Below are positions 50,226 through 55,342 of a DNA stretch of 55,342 bases, piece after piece. A program made the translations under genes and the position numbers. Below the pieces are notes generated by a model, which did no database searches, had not been told where the DNA came from, and saw nothing but the letters and a program-made list of their open reading frames with translations. The stretch spans positions 1 to 55,342 of IMG/VR virus record IMGVR_UViG_3300009149_000039; one strand, written 5' to 3'. This DNA is from a virus (Duplodnaviria > Caudoviricetes). Positions within the stretch are counted from its first letter, which is position 1; each line of letters opens with the position of its first letter.

Positions 50226-51095
50226 ATGTTAAAAATTGATGAAGGTTTTGATGAAATAATTAAATGTAATTATGAATTATATTCTGTAAAATTATTTGAA
50301 TTAAAAGAATTAGCAAAATCTTGGTATAAAGATATTAATTTTAATGATTTTGATAATAGATTTATTGGTGATAACGATTCGAATAAACTAATTCAAATGA
50401 AAAAAACCGGTATTTTATGTAATTACTTTTTTGCGTATAAAGAAGATAATATTTATCATCTTCTTGATGGGTTTAATCGGTTATTTACTGATTATGGTCA
50501 TATTAATGTTGACACAACTGTTTATTTGAAAGTTTTAGTAGGGGAGTTAAAAGATAATCACTTAATGTCTATTATGTTTATGCTTAATACTTGGAAATTA
50601 CAAACACAAGGAGTTCATTCATTTAGAATTACGAATTTTTTAGATAGGGGGTTTAGATTATTTTTATATAGTAAATTTGATATAAAACTATATGATTACA
50701 CTAACATTGATTATTACGATAGAATAAGAAACGATAAAGATATAGATGTTTTAGAAAAATATTTTATACGTGAAAGAGAATATAGTGATATGTTTAAATA
50801 TGAATTAGATGATTTAGCTATTCTTTTTTACAATAAAAACATAATAAATGATTTTAAAGAAATAATAAAATCAAATGATTATTTAACTGAACCTTTTAAC
50901 AATTATAATAAATTTCTTTATGGATTTATAATGTGGATATCACATAAAAGAATAAAAGGAGATAATTCTGAATATAAATTTCAAACATATTTAAATAAAT
51001 TATATCAGGATAAAAAATTCTTTAAAAAATTACAAGGAATGTCAGGAACAGACAGCACTAGAAAAAATATTTATAAATTCTTTCGTAATTTATAA
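50226..51095 (+). CDS. Hypothetical protein (ParB-like LLDGFNR motif)
   Basis: 289-aa ORF with its own TATATTTG promoter at 50193-50200. Confidence 0.65.
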   Translation: MLKIDEGFDEIIKCNYELYSVKLFELKELAKSWYKDINFNDFDNRFIGDNDSNKLIQMKKTGILCNYFFAYKEDNIYHLLDGFNRLFTDYGHINVDTTVYLKVLVGELKDNHLMSIMFMLNTWKLQTQGVHSFRITNFLDRGFRLFLYSKFDIKLYDYTNIDYYDRIRNDKDIDVLEKYFIREREYSDMFKYELDDLAILFYNKNIINDFKEIIKSNDYLTEPFNNYNKFLYGFIMWISHKRIKGDNSEYKFQTYLNKLYQDKKFFKKLQGMSGTDSTRKNIYKFFRNL

Positions 51096-51132
51096 AAATT
51101 ATGTATATTTGCAAAGTTCTTTAAAATAAAAA

Positions 51133-51201
51133 GCGGGAATAGCTCAGAGAAAGAGCTGGAGGTCACCTCTGTAAGCGAAGGTTCAAGTCCTTCTTCCCGC
51201 T
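51133..51201 (+). tRNA. tRNA-Gly-like body with aberrant anticodon arm centred on TCA
   Basis: gcgggaa/ttcccgc, U73; gagg-TCA-cctc; promoter TATATTTG at 51104-51111. Confidence 0.5.
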
Positions 51202-51206
51202 CACAT

Positions 51207-51297
51207 CGCGGGATGGAGCAGTCAGGTCAGCTCGCTAGGCTCATAACCTAGATTCGGTATCAATCCGCTTGCGAGGGTTCAAATCCCTCTCCCGCAA
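51207..51297 (+). tRNA. Initiator-like tRNA-fMet(CAT) with long variable arm
   Basis: C1:A72 mismatch, ggagcag..gctcg D arm, ctagg-ctCATaa-cctag. Confidence 0.75.
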
Positions 51298-51386
51298 CAA
51301 AATAAATTGGTATTATTTATATATATTTATATAAGTAATTGTAAAATTAAGGGGTATTTATACCATTATTTATATTTACTTATATT

Positions 51387-51578
51387 ATGTGGGAGTATTA
51401 CAAAACACTTATTTTATATGAAGACCATAAAGATTTAACTGACCAGTTAAATAAATTGGGTAGTGACAATTGGGAGATTATATATTATAAGGAGCTTCCA
51501 AAACAACAATTTGCATTACGTTCCCAAGTTGAAATTTTATTAAAAAGACCGAATATCATTGATTTAAGTGATAATTGA
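51387..51578 (+). CDS. DUF4177-like small protein
   Basis: MWEYYK...LNKLGSDNWEII...LLKRP. Confidence 0.6.
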   Translation: MWEYYKTLILYEDHKDLTDQLNKLGSDNWEIIYYKELPKQQFALRSQVEILLKRPNIIDLSDN

Positions 51579-51610
51579 AAATATCATTGATTTAAGTGAT
51601 ATTATAATAT

Positions 51611-51696
51611 GGAAGGCACCCGGCCGGATGAGGAGCTTGTCTTGAAAACAGGTAGCGGTTTAAAACCCGTTTGGGGTTCGAGTCCCTAGCCTTCCG
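51611..51696 (+). tRNA. tRNA-Ser(TGA)
   Basis: cttgt-ctTGAaa-acagg; long V arm; G73. Confidence 0.85.
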
Positions 51697-51736
51697 CAAG
51701 AAAAATGAAAATAAATGAAAAAAATATTAAAAAAAG

Positions 51737-51767
51737 TTTGGTAATTCAAAAAGTTTTTGTATATTTG
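51737..51767 (+). promoter_or_regulatory. Bacteroidota-type promoter of tRNA array 2
   Basis: TTTG 51737-51740, N19, TATATTTG 51760-51767. Confidence 0.8.
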
Positions 51768-51785
51768 CAATAATTATTAATAGAG

Positions 51786-51884
51786 ATGAAAAATTTATCG
51801 TACATACAGCCGAGTTCATATAGACCATATAATGGTACAGGAACAGTTACGCTTTTAAATGATGCGATAGGTTCGGATTCTTGA
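51786..51884 (+). CDS. Leader peptide 2 (putative attenuator uORF), MKNLSYIQPSSYRPYNGTGTVTLLNDAIGSDS
   Basis: 32 codons between promoter and terminator; same layout as leader 1. Confidence 0.7.
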   Translation: MKNLSYIQPSSYRPYNGTGTVTLLNDAIGSDS

Positions 51885-51910
51885 CAATAGAAATTATAGA
51901 AATTTTAATT

Positions 51911-51947
51911 AAAAGACCCGGACTTAAAAAAAAGTTCGGGTTTTTTT
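51911..51947 (+). terminator. Attenuator terminator 2
   Basis: aaaagacccggactt-aaaaaa-aagttcgggttttttt. Confidence 0.85.
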
Positions 51948-52138
51948 GTTTCTATTAGATAATAAAATAATAAGGCAACAACCTTATAATGATACACTAT
52001 AAGGCAACAACCTTATGATAAGGGTTCTTTGACATACTGTGAAAAAAAAAATAATAACACAATAGGTGGAATAATTTATGCCAAAATTTTATTTCACCAT
52101 ACGGTCCTGTGGCGGACGTTGGAATACGCAACAGACTT

Positions 52139-53095
52139 TAATAAAATACCGTAAAATTCTAATAATCGAACCAGAGGGGGTGTTTTTATGTGTTTTAAGT
52201 TATATTTATACTATATGAAACATAAATATAATAAAGAACAAGTACAAATAGCAGTAAAAAATAGTTTTTCTATTGCCCAAGTTTGTAGAGAATTAAAAAT
52301 ACGACCATCTGGAGGGAATTATGACACCGTAAAAAAATTGTTCAAAAAATGGGATATTAATATTGATCATTTTACTGGACAAGGATGGAATGTTGGTTTA
52401 AAATTTAAACCTTATAAAAAATACGAACTAAAAGATGTATTAATAAAAAACTCTCCATATAGGTCGACATATTCACTTAAAAAACGATTAATAAAGGAGG
52501 GGGTTAAAAAAAGAATGTGTGAAAACTGTTTTAGAGAAACGTGGATTAATAACCCAATCAATTTAGAACTTCATCACATAAATGGTGATAACACCGATCA
52601 TAGACTAGTAAATTTATTACTACTATGTCCAAATTGTCACTCATATACCCCAAATTTTAGAAAAGGTAAGAGTGCTCTTTCTGAAAAGAAAGAAGTAGAA
52701 TACCGTAAATTCAAGGAAACCTTAACACATAATGGTGATGGCAATCTTGAGCCAAGCTTTTTAACAAAAGAAGGTGCAGAGACTAGACACGGTAAATCTA
52801 AATCTAAAGATGAACATATTTGTTTAAATTGTAAAAAAATATTTTATAATAGAAATAAAGAAAGAAAATATTGTTCAACCAAATGTTATAGAGAACATAT
52901 AAAAATTAATATTCCTAAAGTACCTGAGTTAATAAAAAAATTTAAAGAATTAAAAACATTTACAAAGGTTGGGGAATTTTACTCTGTAAGTGATAACGCC
53001 GTAAAAAAATGGTGTAAATCATATGGAATTTTAGACATGATTAAGGAATAGTCCAGACCACAAACAATAATAGTAATGAAAATTATAGTGGTACG
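52139..53095 (+). ncRNA. Group I intron (tRNA-Leu-type core) with endonuclease ORF
   Basis: AAATTCAAGGAAACC, GGCAATCTTGAGCCAAG, GAAGGTGCAGAGACTAGA, AAGGAATAGTCC; terminal G. Confidence 0.9.
52188..53051 (+). CDS. Intron-encoded HNH homing endonuclease
   Basis: LELHHINGDNTDHRLVNLLLLCPNCHS; C-terminal CLNC..YCSTKC and HTH; start may be MKHKY at 52215. Confidence 0.85.
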   Translation: MCFKLYLYYMKHKYNKEQVQIAVKNSFSIAQVCRELKIRPSGGNYDTVKKLFKKWDINIDHFTGQGWNVGLKFKPYKKYELKDVLIKNSPYRSTYSLKKRLIKEGVKKRMCENCFRETWINNPINLELHHINGDNTDHRLVNLLLLCPNCHSYTPNFRKGKSALSEKKEVEYRKFKETLTHNGDGNLEPSFLTKEGAETRHGKSKSKDEHICLNCKKIFYNRNKERKYCSTKCYREHIKINIPKVPELIKKFKELKTFTKVGEFYSVSDNAVKKWCKSYGILDMIKE

Positions 53096-53150
53096 AAACC
53101 CTGTTTTTCGCTGGTTCGATTCCAGTCAGGATCACATTATTATAAAAGAA

Positions 53151-53234
53151 AAGTTGCCTTTGTGGTTACCACTACAATCCGCAGTAGTACGGTATTTAGG
53201 GTCATGACGTACCCACACAAAGGGCGGACAACTT
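53151..53234 (+). ncRNA. Unknown structured RNA (three-way junction, possible pseudoknot)
   Basis: cctttgtg/cacaaagg; tacc-actac/gtagt-ggta; gggt/accc. Confidence 0.45.
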
Positions 53235-53316
53235 AAAAAAATATTGAGTTAAACAATCTGAAACTTTATTAGGTGTATAATGGTGTATATAAAATGGATG
53301 ACTGTTTAACTTTTAT

Positions 53317-53389
53317 GGCCTCATAGCATAATGGATAGTGCGACAGGTTTCTACCCTGTTACGTGGGGGTTCGAGTCCCTCTGGGGTTA
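53317..53389 (+). tRNA. tRNA-Arg(TCT)
   Basis: acagg-ttTCTac-cctgt. Confidence 0.85.
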
Positions 53390-53401
53390 CTATTTTAATA
53401 A

Positions 53402-53478
53402 CTGGGTGTTCCACAGATGGCTATATGGCCTCGCCTTGGACGCGAGTGTTTTCGGGGGTTCGAATCCCTCCACCCAGA
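53402..53478 (+). tRNA. tRNA-Pro(TGG)
   Basis: ctcgc-ctTGGac-gcgag. Confidence 0.75.
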
Positions 53479-53490
53479 CAAAACAATAAT

Positions 53491-53563
53491 CGAGTAGTGG
53501 GAAAGTAGGTAATCCGCTACATTTGGGATGTAGAAAACGCAGGTTCGATCCCTGCCTACTCGA
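53491..53563 (+). tRNA. tRNA-Pro(TGG)
   Basis: ctaca-ttTGGga-tgtag. Confidence 0.85.
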
Positions 53564-53575
53564 CAAAATTAATAC

Positions 53576-53674
53576 GGAGGGATGCATTTTCGCGAAAAGT
53601 GTGTTGGAAAGCAATGTTAGCTGTACACTAACTGTCTTAATAGACTATTGTAGGTTCGACCCCTGCTCCCTCCA
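53576..53674 (+). tRNA. tRNA-Tyr(GTA) with D-arm hairpin insertion
   Basis: gttag-ctGTAca-ctaac; ggaggga/tccctcc; V arm. Confidence 0.7.
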
Positions 53675-53680
53675 CTAAAT

Positions 53681-53753
53681 GGTTCTCTGGCTGAATGGTT
53701 TAAGCACTTGACTGTTAATCAAGACTATGTGGGTTCGAATCCCACGGGGACCT
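53681..53753 (+). tRNA. tRNA-Asn(GTT)
   Basis: cttga-ctGTTaa-tcaag. Confidence 0.85.
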
Positions 53754-53758
53754 CAAAT

Positions 53759-53829
53759 TGACTGGTAGCTTAATGTAAAGGGTTCGGCTGTTAACCGAGA
53801 AGATGTGAGTTCGAGTCTCACCCAGTCAG
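53759..53829 (+). tRNA. tRNA-Asn(GTT)
   Basis: ttcgg-ctGTTaa-ccgag. Confidence 0.8.
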
Positions 53830-53944
53830 CAAAAAGTTATTAAAGATACGCGGGTAGACTTGGTTCGAGTCCAAGCACAGAAGGTACGAGCCATGGTAAT
53901 TGTACTGAAGTGAAGTGTAAGGGTTGTGCACACCGGCGGTAATA

Positions 53945-54019
53945 GCCCGTATGGCGGACGTTGGCCTACGCGATGGTCTTAGAAACCATTTTTCGAGAGT
54001 TCGATTCTCTCTATGGGCA
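53945..54019 (+). tRNA. tRNA-Leu(TAG) lacking long variable arm
   Basis: atggt-ctTAGaa-accat; variable loop ttttc. Confidence 0.8.
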
Positions 54020-54138
54020 CAAAGGTTAGTAGTTGGATTCTTAACCATTTGAAGGCGAAGTTTCCTTGGTGAAATTGAAAGGCCGTAGCCACCTGTGGTG
54101 GGTGGTGAACACCATGATAAAGTAGCCGAAAACAATCT

Positions 54139-54206
54139 GGGATAGCTCAGGACAGGGGCCGGGTCTGTAAAACCCTCGCCGGGGAGTTCGAGTCTCTCCT
54201 ATCCCA
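54139..54206 (+). tRNA. Atypical compact tRNA-Tyr(GTA)-like
   Basis: gggatag/ctatccc; gggt-ctGTAaa-accc; minimal D arm. Confidence 0.5.
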
Positions 54207-54232
54207 CAATTATTAACTTAAAATTAAAAAAA

Positions 54233-54406
54233 ATGAGACACAAATTTACACCACCTAATGAAAAGGTACAGGCATTTATTGATAATAATAAAATTATCAA
54301 AATGGAAACAAGTTTTCCGAAAGATCATAAAATCCCCAATATGAAAAGATGGAGATTCCAAACAGAAGACAAAGAATGGCATCAATTCGACCAAAGAATT
54401 GATTAA
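54233..54406 (+). CDS. Hypothetical 57-aa protein
   Basis: MRHKFTPPNEKVQAF...QRID; too short for the ORF track. Confidence 0.55.
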   Translation: MRHKFTPPNEKVQAFIDNNKIIKMETSFPKDHKIPNMKRWRFQTEDKEWHQFDQRID

Positions 54407-54492
54407 TGTTGCATTAAAATTATTGCGTTATACCCTATCGGGTAGAATATGAATGAATACTCACTCATTTATACCTGATAGGGTATAAAAAT

Positions 54493-54566
54493 GGTGGTGT
54501 AGCTTAGTCAGGTAGAGCAGGATTCTTATATGATCAAGGTCGGTGGTTCGAATCCACCCATCACTA
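54493..54566 (+). tRNA. tRNA-Ile(TAT)
   Basis: gatt-ctTATat-gatc; canonical D and T arms. Confidence 0.8.
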
Positions 54567-54627
54567 CGGCACTTTTCAAATTTTAGGTTATATTTATATA
54601 TATAACAATACACTAAAATTCGAAAAA

Positions 54628-55137
54628 ATGAAAAAATGTAAACAATGTGAAAAGGAATTAAAAAATCAAAAAAATATATTTTGTTCTAGTAGTTGTGCTG
54701 CAAAATATAATAATCCACGATATCACAAAAAAAAAGATAGATTTTGTTTACAATGTGAAGAAAAATTATTAAAAGAAAAAAAATACCATAACAAATTTTG
54801 TGACTCTAAATGTTCTAATCTTTATAAGTTTGAAAATGTCACATTAAAAAGATTTAATGACGGCAATGTATCAAAAAATACAACATTAAGAAAAATATTA
54901 ATAAACTTATATGGTAATTATTGTTTTGAGTGTAAACAACCTAATAACTGGAATGAAAAGGAATTAATATTAGAGGTTGACCACATAGATGGAAATTCAG
55001 ATAATAATCTACCAAAAAACCTTAGATTATTATGTCCTAATTGTCATTCACAAATGCCAACATCAAAATGTAAACATAAAAAAAAGAACACTAAACGAAA
55101 TAATTATTTACGAAAATTTAAACAGTATGAAACTTAA
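54628..55137 (+). CDS. HNH endonuclease with zinc-ribbon repeats
   Basis: CKQC..FCSSSC-type unit x2; LEVDHIDGNSDNNLPKNLRLLCPNCHS. Confidence 0.9.
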   Translation: MKKCKQCEKELKNQKNIFCSSSCAAKYNNPRYHKKKDRFCLQCEEKLLKEKKYHNKFCDSKCSNLYKFENVTLKRFNDGNVSKNTTLRKILINLYGNYCFECKQPNNWNEKELILEVDHIDGNSDNNLPKNLRLLCPNCHSQMPTSKCKHKKKNTKRNNYLRKFKQYET

Positions 55138-55139
55138 AC

Positions 55140-55225
55140 ACCCCTATGGTGTAATTGGATAAACATCTCACTCTTACAAAGTGAAGACGAGAAGTATAAT
55201 CTTGGTTCGAGTCCAAGTGGGGGTA
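55140..55225 (+). tRNA. tRNA-Val(TAC) with extended variable region
   Basis: tcact-ctTACaa-agtga; accccta/tgggggt. Confidence 0.75.
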
Positions 55226-55342
55226 CAACATTAAATTGGCTACGATTATTATTACTTCTAGGTTAATTCGCCCCTTAAAAACGGGCGATAATGGTTCAAA
55301 TCCACTATGTAATCAATTCCCAATTTATTTTTGCGAAAGTCG

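Larger units (their letters stand above)
52103..53134 (+). tRNA. tRNA-Leu(TAA) split by group I intron (exons 52103-52138, 53096-53134)
   Basis: Joined exons give ggtcctg/caggatc and loop ct-T^AA-ac, the classic U^AA insertion site. Confidence 0.8.

Noticed and set aside
53317-53389. Possible amber suppressor (CTA) in tttctac
   Set aside because: The 5-bp stem places TCT at the anticodon; Arg-type body.
46051-54135. Minus-strand ORFs over the tRNA region (46051, 47123, 48016, 49785, 49813, 53390, 53818)
   Set aside because: Antisense to tRNA genes; several show the tell-tale translations (WDSNP, RFEL, GFEP).
55238-55315. tRNA-Leu(TAA)-like remnant near the right edge
   Set aside because: Only a hairpin (cgccc/gggcg) and a T loop are recognisable; the acceptor and D arms do not pair convincingly.

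Overview
AT-rich segment of a T4-like jumbo (huge) myophage. The host is most likely Bacteroidota, because TTTG-N19/20-TAnnTTTG promoters recur. Bases 1-4282 (-) hold a giant Gly-X-Y Ser/Thr repeat fibre gene that the ORF track missed; the Pro-rich + ORF is its antisense shadow. Bases 4.9-22 kb (+) carry virion, accessory and metabolic genes: a repeat protein, WYL, three glycosyltransferases, dUTPase, PhoH, a gp55-like sigma and a gp5-OB-like protein. Bases 22-45 kb are mostly (-) and contain the head module (major capsid, scaffold, prohead protease, portal, terminase), plus Hsp20 and a Clp ATPase. Bases 45.7-55.3 kb are a large tRNA region with more than 30 tRNA or tRNA-like genes (many structurally atypical), a minimal RNase P RNA, a group I intron in tRNA-Leu(UAA) whose HNH ORF reads through the ribozyme core, and free-standing HNH genes. 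The main finding is that each of the two long tRNA arrays is preceded by a host-type promoter, a 32-33 codon leader ORF and a terminator/antiterminator switch. The amino acids encoded by each leader largely mirror the tRNAs downstream of it, which suggests ribosome-stalling attenuators that switch phage tRNA arrays on when tRNAs are depleted. All calls are by eye; no searches or folding programs were run.
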